The notes under the pieces: generated by a model
Told to the model about the DNA's origin: nothing
The model's input: only the letters and a program-made list of their open reading frames with translations
The model's database searches: none
Translations under genes and position numbers: made by a program
In this document: positions 39,649-49,557 of the stretch, piece after piece
Position numbering within the stretch: the first letter of the stretch is position 1
Layout: each line of letters starts with the position of its first letter
DNA from: Myxococcota bacterium
Lineage (GTDB): Bacteria; Myxococcota_A; UBA9160; UBA6930
Assembly: GCA_965223705.1 (NCBI GenBank)
Contig: OZ245015.1
Coordinates: forward strand, 1,088,001 to 1,152,000
DNA length: 64,000 nt
Direction of reading: 5' to 3'

Positions 39649-41292
39649 ATGATCGCCGCGTGTCCGCGCTGCAGCGCCCGCTATCGCGTCCAACGTGAAC
39701 GCCTGACCGGTGACGGGGTTCGTCTCCGCTGCGCCCGATGTGAGGCCGTCTTCCGGGTTCGCGCGCCGCGCGGGGCCCCGCCCGAAGCCGCCGCTCCGCA
39801 ACGGCCGGCGCTCGCCCGTCATCGCCCGGCCGGGCCCGCAGCCGAGCGCGTCGCTCCCCGAGATGCGCCGACGCCCCAACCCGGAGCGGCCGGAAAGCCG
39901 CTGGTGCTTTTGGGCTTCGGTGCGAAGGACGGGCTCCACAACTGCATGCGGATGCTCGAGACGCGCTACCAGCCCGAACTGCTGCGCGACGGGGTGCAGC
40001 TTCTCCTCGAGATCTTTCGCCGCTCCCCCGCCTGGGTGGTGCTCGGCGACGGCCTCGCGCGGATGCACGCAGCCGAAGTCACCGAACTTCTGAAGCGAAG
40101 CGGCAAGACGGATGCTCCGCGTACGATTTGGGTCGGCCACCCGAGCGATGCGTTCGTCCCGGGATTCGCGCCCGACCACCAGGTCGACGACATCGATCTG
40201 CTGGACGGGTTGGGCTTGCTCCTCGGTGTGTCGCCCGCCGCTGCCGCGCCACCGGAGGTCGACCGCGCCACGTTCGGCGACCGCACTCCCGATTACTCGG
40301 AGGCCCCGGAGCCCCACGCGAAGGTTCCGCGACACGCCGTTCCCAGCCGGGATTGGAGATCCGAACCGGAACCGGCGGCTCGGGCAGCCGCGCCGCAGAG
40401 GGCGCCCGAAGACGATCCCCAAGACGCCCCGAGCTGGAAACCCGACGCGCGATCCCTCGAATCTTTCGAGGCAGAGCTCGGCGAACCCGCGCCCGCCCGC
40501 GCTCACGCTGAGCACAAGGTCCCGCCGGTGGTTCGCCCGCCGGCGCCGGCGCTCGAAGACTCCTTCTCGGCCGCGATCGGCGGCGGCGACCCGTCTCTCT
40601 CCGACGACGCTGCCGACAGCTTTTCCTTCGACGACCCGGACGGCGGCTTTGCGGGTTCGTTCGGTGCGGAGGATCGGGACCGCACGCCGGAGTTCTCGGG
40701 AACGTTCGGGCGACCCGAGGAAGATGATCCGTTCAATGCCACGCTTCCGGACGACGACGATTTCGCGCCGCTCCGGCCCTCGGACACGGGAACCGGCAGG
40801 GATCCCTTCGCCGCACCGTCGACGGACGCGGCGAACCCGTTCGCGGCGCCGCGAGCCGATGAAACGAATCCCTTCGCCGCGCCGTCCGCCCGCGGTGCGG
40901 AACCCGCCGATCCGTTCGGAGCGCCCGCGGCGCCATCCGCACCCGAGCCGGGCGGAAGTGACTTCTTCTCGCTGACGCCCGACGAGGCGCAAAAACCCCC
41001 GCCGCCGCCGGCGCCCGGAGCGGGTCCAGTGCCCGGTCTCGATCCGGTTCTCGCCGATATGCGCTCCGAGGCCGAGCGCTTCGCGCGCATCGTGGTCTCC
41101 GACATCGTCCTCTACAACGAGGCCAAGTTCGCAGCGGCGGTCGAGGGCGGAAAGGTGCTCGAGGTGATGCGCGCGGAACTCGAGGAAGGGCGCGATCTGT
41201 TTCGGGTCCGGGTCGATCCGCGGATCCGCGACGAGCGGGACTTCCTCGCCGATGAGATACTTCGCGTCGCCGCGACTCGGGCTGGCCGCTAA
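39649..41292 (+). CDS. MJ0042-type zinc-ribbon protein with degenerate receiver, low-complexity linker and helical C-terminal domain
   Basis: CPRCSARY...RCARCEAVF; C-terminal AERFARIVVSDIVLYN. Confidence 0.7.
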   Translation: MIAACPRCSARYRVQRERLTGDGVRLRCARCEAVFRVRAPRGAPPEAAAPQRPALARHRPAGPAAERVAPRDAPTPQPGAAGKPLVLLGFGAKDGLHNCMRMLETRYQPELLRDGVQLLLEIFRRSPAWVVLGDGLARMHAAEVTELLKRSGKTDAPRTIWVGHPSDAFVPGFAPDHQVDDIDLLDGLGLLLGVSPAAAAPPEVDRATFGDRTPDYSEAPEPHAKVPRHAVPSRDWRSEPEPAARAAAPQRAPEDDPQDAPSWKPDARSLESFEAELGEPAPARAHAEHKVPPVVRPPAPALEDSFSAAIGGGDPSLSDDAADSFSFDDPDGGFAGSFGAEDRDRTPEFSGTFGRPEEDDPFNATLPDDDDFAPLRPSDTGTGRDPFAAPSTDAANPFAAPRADETNPFAAPSARGAEPADPFGAPAAPSAPEPGGSDFFSLTPDEAQKPPPPPAPGAGPVPGLDPVLADMRSEAERFARIVVSDIVLYNEAKFAAAVEGGKVLEVMRAELEEGRDLFRVRVDPRIRDERDFLADEILRVAATRAGR

Positions 41293-41401
41293 CGCTGGCG
41301 TAGCCTGGGTCGTAGGCGAGCGGACGTCGTGCTGCGTCGCTTGGGTGCTCGCCCAGCTCACGACGGCCTTGCACTGGCGGCGCTGTGGTATACCTCGCCC
41401 G

Positions 41402-41959
41402 ATGAACGGGGTTTACCGCAGGAAGACGCCGCTCGCGTGCCGAGCTGTTCGCGCGGCCGCGCTCACCGTCGCCGCGACGCTCCTCGCGGGCTGTGGCTAC
41501 CAGTTTGTCCGCTACCAAGATGCCTTGGGCGACACCCGACGTGTCGCGATCGTCGGATTGGGAAACGAGACCTTCGAGCCCGGCGTCAATGCGCTCGTGA
41601 CCGAGGCCCTGACCCGCGAGTTTCACCGCCGAAAAGCACTGATCGTCGTCTCGGATCCGGAGAGTGCCGACCTCGTGATCGGCGGGGAAGTCGACCGGTT
41701 GCACACGGAGAGCTTGAGTTTCTCTTCGATCCAGTTCGCTCTCGAATACCAGCTGACCCTGCGCGTCGCGCTCGATATCACGCGGCGCGACGGCACGACG
41801 GTCCGGCTCGATCCCAATGCACTCCAGGAATCGGAACTCTATCTAGCGAGCTCCGATGTCGAAGTCGCACGACAAAACCGACAGGAAGCGCTCCGCCGGG
41901 TGGCGACGATGCTGGCAAGCCGCGTACACGACGCGTTGTTCGAGCGCATGACCCCCTGA
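41402..41959 (+). CDS. lptE: LPS assembly lipoprotein LptE
   Basis: Lipobox LAGCGY, NETFEPG, upstream of holA. Confidence 0.8.
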   Translation: MNGVYRRKTPLACRAVRAAALTVAATLLAGCGYQFVRYQDALGDTRRVAIVGLGNETFEPGVNALVTEALTREFHRRKALIVVSDPESADLVIGGEVDRLHTESLSFSSIQFALEYQLTLRVALDITRRDGTTVRLDPNALQESELYLASSDVEVARQNRQEALRRVATMLASRVHDALFERMTP

Positions 41960-41962
41960 CGG

Positions 41963-42949
41963 ATGGCGCTCACTCCGGAAGAACTCGCCGCTGAGCTCGA
42001 CGCGGGGAATCTCCGTCCGGCTTACCTCATCGCAGGGCCGCAGGCGCTCTTCCGAGACGACGCACGCGCCGCCCTCCGCGAGCACGTGCTCGGCCCGTCG
42101 CCCGACGCCTTCCGCCTCGACGTGCTCGAAGGCGCGAACACTGCACCCGGCGAACTTCTCGACGCCGTTCGTGCGCTTCCGGTCCTGGGTGGTCGCCGGC
42201 TCGTCGAATTGCGCGATCCCGACGCGCGGCGCGGAGACAAGCTCGGCGCGGCGATCGCCGAGGCGGTCGTCGAGCAGTGCGAGCTCGACGCCGAAGCGGG
42301 CTGCGTCTTTGTCGTCACCGGGGAGAAGATCGATCGGCGGTCCGCCTGGGCGCGCGAGTTCAAGGAGCCGGCGGGGACGGTCGCGTGCGAAACACCCAAA
42401 GGAAAACGCGGTCTCTCGGCGTTTGTCGGAGCCGAGGCGAAGCGCCGCGGGATTCGCCTCGGTTCGGGCGCGGCTTCGGCCCTCGTCGATCGCATCGGCC
42501 CGGATCTCCTCGCGCTGCGGTCCGAGCTCGAGAAGCTGGCGCTCTTCGTGTCCGAAGGTGAGAGCGTCACGGCGCGACTTGTCGTGGACGCCTCCGCTGA
42601 AGTCGCGGAGGAGCCCATCTGGGAGCTCACCGACGCCATCGGCAATGGACAGACGGGGGAGGCGTTGCGCCTGCTCGGGCGGATGCGGGGCGCCGGTGCG
42701 CCTGCGCCGGTCATCCTGGGATCCCTTGCGAGCCATTGGCGGAAACTGCTGCGGATCGAATCCGGTGCTCCGGTGTCCGGACACCCCTACGCCGTGAAGA
42801 AGCTTCGCGCCCAGGCCGAACGGTACCGGCCCGGGGAGCTTCAAGTGGGCTTGCGCGGTATCTGGGAGCTCGACGCGATTCTGAAAGGCGAGGGTGTGCT
42901 CGACCCCGAGGTGGCGCTCGAGCGGCTCGTTCTCAATCTGTCGCGATGA
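41963..42949 (+). CDS. holA: DNA polymerase III delta subunit
   Basis: PAYLIAG, LPVLGGRRLV, SELEKL, IWELTDAIG; lptE-holA-rpsT synteny. Confidence 0.88.
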   Translation: MALTPEELAAELDAGNLRPAYLIAGPQALFRDDARAALREHVLGPSPDAFRLDVLEGANTAPGELLDAVRALPVLGGRRLVELRDPDARRGDKLGAAIAEAVVEQCELDAEAGCVFVVTGEKIDRRSAWAREFKEPAGTVACETPKGKRGLSAFVGAEAKRRGIRLGSGAASALVDRIGPDLLALRSELEKLALFVSEGESVTARLVVDASAEVAEEPIWELTDAIGNGQTGEALRLLGRMRGAGAPAPVILGSLASHWRKLLRIESGAPVSGHPYAVKKLRAQAERYRPGELQVGLRGIWELDAILKGEGVLDPEVALERLVLNLSR

Positions 42950-42958
42950 GCGAGTGAG

Positions 42959-43225
42959 CTAGCTCGAAAGCTGGCGCACGGCTTTCGAGAGCCGAGAGAC
43001 ACTGCGGCTGGCGCGGGTCCGGGGAATGACGCCCTTGCTCGCAGCTTTTCGAAGCACGCGCTCGGCTTGCCGGAGGGCCGTCTGAGCTGCGGCGCTATCC
43101 CCGTCGGAAATCGCACTCCGAAGGGTTTTTACCGCGCTCCGCATGCGTGTTCGGACCTGTCGGTTTCGAAGTCGCCGCTTCTCGTCCTGGCGTGCGCGTT
43201 TCTCGGCGGATTTGTGGTTGGCCAC
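42959..43225 (-). CDS. rpsT: 30S ribosomal protein S20
   Basis: ANHKSAEKRARQ...KAASKGVI. Confidence 0.95.
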   Translation of the reverse strand: MANHKSAEKRARQDEKRRLRNRQVRTRMRSAVKTLRSAISDGDSAAAQTALRQAERVLRKAASKGVIPRTRASRSVSRLSKAVRQLSS

Positions 43226-43354
43226 GGGCTTTCCTCTGCCGCCGCCGAGGCGCTCGGCACCCGACGGGATTGCGCAGGGTAGAGGGCAAGTGCCCTGGGG
43301 TAAACCCCTTCTCAATATTTCAGCGGATGCGCGAAGCGGCCGATAGACCCGACA

Positions 43355-45295
43355 GTGATGGGCAACTTGAGCGCAACGGACACTCGATATCGCCGGATCC
43401 CGACGTGGGCGGAGACCCGATGCCACTGGATCCAAACCTGGGCCGCGATCGCCCTGCTGGCGCTGGCCGCCCCGGTGGCGGCGCAGGACACGAGCGGCAA
43501 ACCCGCCGGGCCTGCGGTCGTTTCCGAAGCGGCCGAGCCCGCCGGGCCTGCGGTCGTTTCCGAAGCGGCCGAGCCGGAAGAGGGTGAAGTCACCGTCCCC
43601 GAAGCCCAGGTGGAGACCGTCTCACCGAGCGTGCCCTCCGCCCGCGAAATTCTCACGGCCGAGTGGAACCGAACCGGCCGCTCGCTCTCGGGGCGCGTCG
43701 GTGCAACCCGGGAGCGGCTGGTCGAGCTCGGCATGGTGGGCTTCCCGCCGGCCGCGCGCGCGTTGATCCTCGACGAGACCCTGGGCGACGAGCTCACACG
43801 TGCCGAAGGCGCGGTGGCGCTGGCGCCGGGTCTCCCCGACTCCCACGCCTTCCACGCGCTGGCCCTCCTCGCCGACGGTTCGCCTTTGGCGTCGTTGCGC
43901 GCATGGGCTCGCAGCGCCGCCGCAGCCCGGGGTCACTTCGAGGGACGCGTTTGGTTGCAAGGGCACGGCTGGGCCTGGCTCGCGCTGGTCCTCGTATTGG
44001 GAGGAGCGCTCTACCTGCTCGTTGCCGGGTGTATCGCGTTGCCTCGGCTCGCCGTGCGCTTCGCGGGGCCCGAACGGAGTATTCCGCTCGCCGCCGGAGT
44101 CGCACTGCTCCTCATCCCGGTAGCCGTCCCAGGCGTTCTGGGCGTCGGAATCCTCGGGATGCTGCTGGTGCTGGGAGCCCTCGCGCTCGCAGCGGGATCC
44201 GGACTTACGCGTTTGTGTGTCGGCGCTGCGGGCGCCGCGTGCATCCTCGGCACGTACCCGGCGCTCGACGGCGCCGTTCGAAGTTTCGGGATGGTCGGCT
44301 CCGATCCGGTTGCGGAGGCGGCGTACAACATCGATTGGGAAACGGCGTCGGCGATCGATCTCGCCCGGGTGCGAACCGAGGATGTCGATCCGATGGCGCG
44401 CCGCGCGCTGGCGACATGGGATCGCAGGCGAGGGCGCCTGCAGAGTGCCCTCGACCGCTACGAAGGTCTGCTGGGCGCCCAAGCGGCCACCGAGATGTTG
44501 AACAACGCGGCGAACCTGCGGCTGTCTCTAGGAGACGCCGAGGCGGCCATCGGACTCTACGAGCGGGCTGCGAAGCAATCCCGCGACCCGGCGATCTTGA
44601 TCAACCTGGCGGAAGCGTACGGGCGCACGATTCGACTCGACGAACAGAATTTGGCGCTCGCCGAGGCGCAATTGATCGATGCGGCCGCCGTCGATGAGCT
44701 AACCCACGGCGACGAGGCCACGCGGCTTCGCGACATGGGGATCAGCGTCGAGGAGATGGGCCGTCGACTCGAACTCCGTCCGCGGGTCACCCACGCAGCA
44801 GCGCTGCGCGCGGGGATTGCGCCCGCAATCGCGGAAGAGCGTTGGGTGTTTGTCCTCGCGTTGTTCGGCGGTTTCGCGCTCGCGTCGATTGCGCTCGGTC
44901 AGTGGCTGCCCGACGGTCGCTCGGTCTCCGCATACCTCGACGGTAGAGCGGAGCAGACCCACGGACGGGGAGCCACAACGGACCCGTTTGAACGCCTGCG
45001 CCGCGCCGGCGAGAACCGGACGCGAAAGAAGCGTCTCCGCTGGGTCTCTCTCGGCCTCGGAAGCATCGTGCCCGGTGCGGCGGCACTCCTCGGCGCGAAA
45101 CCCCTGACCGGTTTCTTCGCGTTGTTCGGCTTCGCGGCCGCCGGCGCGTCGTGGCTTTTGCGCAATGGAATCTTTCCCGATCCGCTTGCGGCGGGCCTCC
45201 TGCTCCACGGACTCGCTGTGATGGCCGCGACTCTCGCGATGTGTGTCTTCGCCTGGTGCTCTCTTTCGTCGCTCTACGCGCTCTGGAGGGATTGA
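43355..45295 (+). CDS. Multi-pass membrane protein with TPR region; start uncertain
   Basis: Signal-like segment, several TM helices, TPR-like LNNAANL...AIGLYERA...INLAEAY. Confidence 0.65.
   Translation: MMGNLSATDTRYRRIPTWAETRCHWIQTWAAIALLALAAPVAAQDTSGKPAGPAVVSEAAEPAGPAVVSEAAEPEEGEVTVPEAQVETVSPSVPSAREILTAEWNRTGRSLSGRVGATRERLVELGMVGFPPAARALILDETLGDELTRAEGAVALAPGLPDSHAFHALALLADGSPLASLRAWARSAAAARGHFEGRVWLQGHGWAWLALVLVLGGALYLLVAGCIALPRLAVRFAGPERSIPLAAGVALLLIPVAVPGVLGVGILGMLLVLGALALAAGSGLTRLCVGAAGAACILGTYPALDGAVRSFGMVGSDPVAEAAYNIDWETASAIDLARVRTEDVDPMARRALATWDRRRGRLQSALDRYEGLLGAQAATEMLNNAANLRLSLGDAEAAIGLYERAAKQSRDPAILINLAEAYGRTIRLDEQNLALAEAQLIDAAAVDELTHGDEATRLRDMGISVEEMGRRLELRPRVTHAAALRAGIAPAIAEERWVFVLALFGGFALASIALGQWLPDGRSVSAYLDGRAEQTHGRGATTDPFERLRRAGENRTRKKRLRWVSLGLGSIVPGAAALLGAKPLTGFFALFGFAAAGASWLLRNGIFPDPLAAGLLLHGLAVMAATLAMCVFAWCSLSSLYALWRD
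43502..43573 (+). repeat. Perfect in-frame 36-bp tandem duplication (PAGPAVVSEAAE x2)
   Basis: CCCGCCGGGCCTGCGGTCGTTTCCGAAGCGGCCGAG at 43502 and 43538. Confidence 0.92.
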
Positions 45296-45300
45296 GGCTC

Positions 45301-46410
45301 GTGTCAGCACTTCTCGGAAATCTGCGCGACTTCGGCATGGGCGAAGTCTTTCAGCTGATCGGTCAGCAGCGAAAGACCGGCGTGCTCCGGGCGGAAGGCC
45401 CCGACGGTCGCATCGACGTGATGTTCGACGGCGGTCACGTGGTCTCCGCGACCTACGCGGGCCTGCACCCGGGGGCGGCGCTCGGCGACATGTTGGTGCG
45501 CCTCGGGATGATGACTCCTGAACGCCTGACCGACGTCGAGCGGGCGCGGGCTTCGTCGACGTCTGAGAGCTTCGAGCGCTTGCTGTCGCGGATGGCAGAA
45601 ATTCCGATGGACGCCATCGAAGAAGTGAAGGATGTCGTCACACAGGAGGCGCTGTTCGATCTCCTCCGCTGGAGCTACGGATCGTTCGAGTTCAGCGCTC
45701 ACCCCGTCACCCATACGAAGCGTCAACAAGATTTGCTCCCTGCAGAGCAGATCTTGATGGACGGACTGCGCATGGTGGATGAGTGGCAGAGCTTCCCGCC
45801 GGAGGTGCGCGACGAGCAGACGGTGTTCGCGAAAGCGGAGTCCTTCGACGCGTACCGCGCCGCGTTCCCCAGCGAGTCGATCGACTGGGTGACCGCGGCC
45901 GAGCGGCTCTACTTGTTGATCGATGGACGTCTGCCGGTCCGTCGCGTCGTGGATCTGTCCCGACTCGGAACCTTCGAGGGCTGCCGCATCTTGGCGGGTC
46001 TCGTCACGTGCGGCGCGGTCGAACCCCAGGATGAAAGTCGCGGCGGCCTCGCGCTCCGCGGGCTCGACGCGGTTCACTCCGGAGCCTTTCGCTGGCTCGG
46101 CGTCGGCGCCATGGCCCTGCTCCTGGTGATGGCGTTTTGGGTGACTTCGCCGCGACTTCCGGACCCGCCCGACGGCGTCATTCCGTTGCGGACCCACCTC
46201 ATGACGTCGCTTGCGGCTCGCTTCGACACGTTGCGGGCGCGCCGACTCGCCGACGCCGCGGCCCTACTCGAGCCCGGGCGAAGCCTTCACGCGAGCGACA
46301 TCAGCCGACTCGCGCCCGCCGACCGAGAGCCCTTGTGGGGCGCCCCAGGTGCTCCCTACTATCATTCGGGGGACGATGGCGTCATCGTCGTCCTGGCACC
46401 GGAGCACTGA
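45301..46410 (+). CDS. DUF4388 domain membrane-anchored protein
   Basis: LLGNLRDFGMGEVFQLIGQQRKTGVL, LGDMLVRLG, ILMDGLRMVDEW. Confidence 0.8.
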   Translation: MSALLGNLRDFGMGEVFQLIGQQRKTGVLRAEGPDGRIDVMFDGGHVVSATYAGLHPGAALGDMLVRLGMMTPERLTDVERARASSTSESFERLLSRMAEIPMDAIEEVKDVVTQEALFDLLRWSYGSFEFSAHPVTHTKRQQDLLPAEQILMDGLRMVDEWQSFPPEVRDEQTVFAKAESFDAYRAAFPSESIDWVTAAERLYLLIDGRLPVRRVVDLSRLGTFEGCRILAGLVTCGAVEPQDESRGGLALRGLDAVHSGAFRWLGVGAMALLLVMAFWVTSPRLPDPPDGVIPLRTHLMTSLAARFDTLRARRLADAAALLEPGRSLHASDISRLAPADREPLWGAPGAPYYHSGDDGVIVVLAPEH

Positions 46411-46451
46411 CGCTCCGCTAAGCCGCGGCACCGGAGCACTGACGCTCCGCT
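46395..46451 (+). repeat. 25-bp direct repeat (32-bp period) duplicating the DUF4388 gene end
   Basis: GGCACCGGAGCACTGACGCTCCGCT at 46395 and 46427. Confidence 0.92.
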
Positions 46452-46460
46452 CGGAGGCCC

Positions 46461-47483
46461 GTGAGCGCCCAGCAAGCCCGCACCAGGCAGACGCTCGTTT
46501 TCGACGACAACCAAACCGCGGTGCTTCTGTACGGCGAACGCGAGGAGACCCTCCGTCTCATCGAAAATGAGTTGGGCATCCGCGCGCGCGCGCGAGGCAA
46601 CGAGGTCCGCCTGATCGGCGACGAGGCACCGGTTCGCGCCGGAAAGAAAGTCTTGGAGGGGCTCTACGGCGTGCTCCGCTCCGGCGGAGAAGTCGGCCCG
46701 CGCGAAGTGCGCGACGCCATTCGCATGGTCGCGAAGGAGCCCGACGTCCCGCTGGAAGAAGCTTACGAAGATGTCCTGGCCGGTTTCGGGGGGCGGCGAA
46801 AGATCGCCGCGAAGAATCACTCGCAGCGGCGCTATGTCGAGGTCATTCGCGAACGCGACGTGGTGTTCAGCATCGGGCCCGCGGGCACGGGCAAGACCTA
46901 CCTCGCGATGGCGATGGCGCTCGCCGCGTTCGGACGCCGCGAGGTCGCGCGGGTGATTCTCACCCGGCCGGCCGTCGAAGCGGGGGAGCGCCTGGGATTT
47001 CTCCCCGGTTCGATGGCGGAGAAAGTCAATCCGTACCTGCGGCCGCTCTACGACGCGCTCCACGACATGATGGATTTCGAGAAGGCCGCGAGATTGATCG
47101 AGCGGGGCGTCATCGAAGTGGCGCCCCTGGCCTTTATGCGCGGGCGTACCCTGAACGACTCTTTCGTCATCCTCGATGAAGCGCAGAACACGACGCCCGA
47201 GCAGATGAAGATGTTCCTCACTCGCCTCGGCTATCACTCGAAGGCGGTGATCACCGGGGACGTTACCCAGATCGATTTGCCGGCGGACCAACCGAGCGGC
47301 TTGATCGACGCCCGACGAAAACTCGAAGGCGTGGAGGGGATCGGTTTCATGTACTTCACCGAGGCCGATGTCGTCCGTCACCCGCTCGTTCAATCGATCA
47401 TCCGAGCGTACGATCGCTTCGAGAGCCCGCCCCGAAAATCCGGGGCGACGGATCCGAGTCAGGACGAACGCGAAGCCTCATGA
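46461..47483 (+). CDS. PhoH-like ATPase (YbeZ)
   Basis: [46 protein letters not shown]. Confidence 0.93.
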   Translation: MSAQQARTRQTLVFDDNQTAVLLYGEREETLRLIENELGIRARARGNEVRLIGDEAPVRAGKKVLEGLYGVLRSGGEVGPREVRDAIRMVAKEPDVPLEEAYEDVLAGFGGRRKIAAKNHSQRRYVEVIRERDVVFSIGPAGTGKTYLAMAMALAAFGRREVARVILTRPAVEAGERLGFLPGSMAEKVNPYLRPLYDALHDMMDFEKAARLIERGVIEVAPLAFMRGRTLNDSFVILDEAQNTTPEQMKMFLTRLGYHSKAVITGDVTQIDLPADQPSGLIDARRKLEGVEGIGFMYFTEADVVRHPLVQSIIRAYDRFESPPRKSGATDPSQDEREAS

Positions 47484-47911
47484 GCGTCGTGATCGCGGCG
47501 CCAGGGGTCGACGCACAGCTCGTCTCCGACCTGACGACCTTCGCCACATCGCTGCTTCGAGCCGCCGGCTACCCGCAAGCCGAACTGTCGCTGGCCATCG
47601 TCAGCGACGCCGAAATCGCCGCGCTGAACGCCCGCCACCGGAACCGCAGCGGGCCGACGGACGTGTTGTCCTTTTCGCTCGTCGAGGGCGAGCACGCGGA
47701 CTTTCGCGGTGTCATGCTCGGAGATGTCGTGGTGGCGCTCGGAGTCGCGGAACGCCAAGCCGCGGAGCAGGGGGTTTCGGTGACGGATGAGCTGCGACGC
47801 CTGGTGATCCACGGGCTCCTCCATCTCGTGGGGTTCGACCACGAGCTCCCCGAGGAAGCCCGCGCGATGCGCGCCGAGGAGGAACGGCTCTGGCGAGAAG
47901 TGTCGGACTAG
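47480..47911 (+). CDS. ybeY: rRNA maturation endoribonuclease YbeY
   Basis: PTDVLSF, LGDVV, HGLLHLVGFDH. Confidence 0.95.
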   Translation: MSVVIAAPGVDAQLVSDLTTFATSLLRAAGYPQAELSLAIVSDAEIAALNARHRNRSGPTDVLSFSLVEGEHADFRGVMLGDVVVALGVAERQAAEQGVSVTDELRRLVIHGLLHLVGFDHELPEEARAMRAEEERLWREVSD

Positions 47912-47985
47912 ACGAGTCGGAGACGGCTCACGCAGGCCGGCACGGCGTTTGGCTCGCGCCGACGCTTGTCGCCCTGCACGTTGTC

Positions 47986-49533
47986 GTGTTCTGGCTCGCG
48001 TTCCCCCAGCGAATCGGCGGGCTCGTGTTCGATTTCGGGTGGGTCTTCGCGTGGTGGGTGCCTGCGACCCTGATGCTTGTGTGCGACCGGATGCCCACCC
48101 GCCGCGCGGCCCTCGTCGGCGGCGTCGCCGGCTGGCTGGCCCACGCGGCGCTCCTCTACTGGGTCTACATCGCCGCTGTCCGCTATGGCCGGGCCAGTCC
48201 CGCATTCGGCGCAAGTGCCGTTCTCCTGCTCGGCGTGTACGGCGGATTCTTCACGGCGGTCTTCGGCGCGGTCGCGGCTTGGCTCCCGGGGCGCCGTGCG
48301 TCGACACCCCTGGTGCTGGCGTCGCTCTGGGTTGTGCTCGACTGGTTGCGAACGGTCTTCCTCACCGGGTTTCCTTGGGGAACGCTGGGCTACGCCCTTC
48401 ACGGCGACCCGTTCGCACGGGCCTGGGCGCCTTTCGCCGGGGTGTACGGCCTCTCCTTCATCGCCGCTCTCGGCGGCGTGGCGCTCCGCGATTTGCTGGC
48501 GCGCCGCCACGTCGGGCGGAGCCTCGCTTGGCTCGCCGCCGTCGCCCTGCTTCACGTCGGGGGCGCCCTCCTCGTTCGAGAGGCGCCCGACGAGGAGGCT
48601 ACGGCGCTCCGGGTCGGCATCGTGCAGGGAAACATCGAGCAGGGGGAGAAGTGGAACCCCGAGCGCCTGGCCGAGACGCTGTCGATCTACCTGTCCGGGA
48701 CTCGGGAAGCCGTGCGCCAGGGCGCGGAGATCGTCATTTGGCCCGAGACCGCGGTTCCCGGACTCATCGAGTATGACGACGGGCTGCGCGAGCGCGTCGC
48801 AACGCTGGCCGCCGAACTCGCCACGCCGCTGATCGTTGGCGGCGTCGGGGCGGAAGGGCTCGAAGAAGCTCGAGGCGGCGACCCGTCCGCCCTCCGCTAC
48901 TTCGACAGCGCGTTCGCGGTCCACGCCGACGGAGCGATGGGCGATCGCTACGACAAGGCTCATCTCGTTCCGTTCGGCGAGTACGTTCCGCTTCGCGCCT
49001 TCATCGGTCGCTTTGTCTCCGCAGTAGCGAGCGGCGCGACGAGCGGCGACGTCACCCCGGGACCGGGACCGCGGTCACTTCGTGTCGGGCGCGTCGGCGG
49101 CAATGAGCTCTCGATCGGGGTGCCGATTTGCTATGAACTTCTCTTCCCGGATTTGGTGCGCCGCTTTGCGCTCGACGAAGCTGCGTGGCTGGCCGGGATC
49201 ACGAACGACGCTTGGTACGGCGCGACGGGAGCTCCGTACCAGTTCCTCGCGATCACGGCGTTGCGCGCGGCCGAGAGTGGTCTCTGGCTCGCAAGGGCAG
49301 CGAACACCGGCGTGTCGGCGCTGATCGATCCCACGGGACGCGTCGTCGAGCGAACAGAAATCTTCGAGCGCGGGACGATCGTCGGATCGGTGGTGCCGCG
49401 CCCGGCGGCATGGCCGGCCACGTTCTACTCCCGGGTCGGCGATGTCTTCGTACTCGGGTGCGCGTTGGTGTTGGCGGTCCCAGCCCTGCACACGGTGCGA
49501 AAGAAGTTGCGAGCGGAGCGGCGCGTTGAGTGA
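47986..49533 (+). CDS. lnt: Apolipoprotein N-acyltransferase; start uncertain
   Basis: TGFPW, VQGNI, WPETA, YDKAHLVPFGEY, ICYE, TNDAWYG, RAANTGVS. Confidence 0.93.
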   Translation: MFWLAFPQRIGGLVFDFGWVFAWWVPATLMLVCDRMPTRRAALVGGVAGWLAHAALLYWVYIAAVRYGRASPAFGASAVLLLGVYGGFFTAVFGAVAAWLPGRRASTPLVLASLWVVLDWLRTVFLTGFPWGTLGYALHGDPFARAWAPFAGVYGLSFIAALGGVALRDLLARRHVGRSLAWLAAVALLHVGGALLVREAPDEEATALRVGIVQGNIEQGEKWNPERLAETLSIYLSGTREAVRQGAEIVIWPETAVPGLIEYDDGLRERVATLAAELATPLIVGGVGAEGLEEARGGDPSALRYFDSAFAVHADGAMGDRYDKAHLVPFGEYVPLRAFIGRFVSAVASGATSGDVTPGPGPRSLRVGRVGGNELSIGVPICYELLFPDLVRRFALDEAAWLAGITNDAWYGATGAPYQFLAITALRAAESGLWLARAANTGVSALIDPTGRVVERTEIFERGTIVGSVVPRPAAWPATFYSRVGDVFVLGCALVLAVPALHTVRKKLRAERRVE

Positions 49534-49557
49534 TAGGTCATCGAGCGGAGTGGCGTC

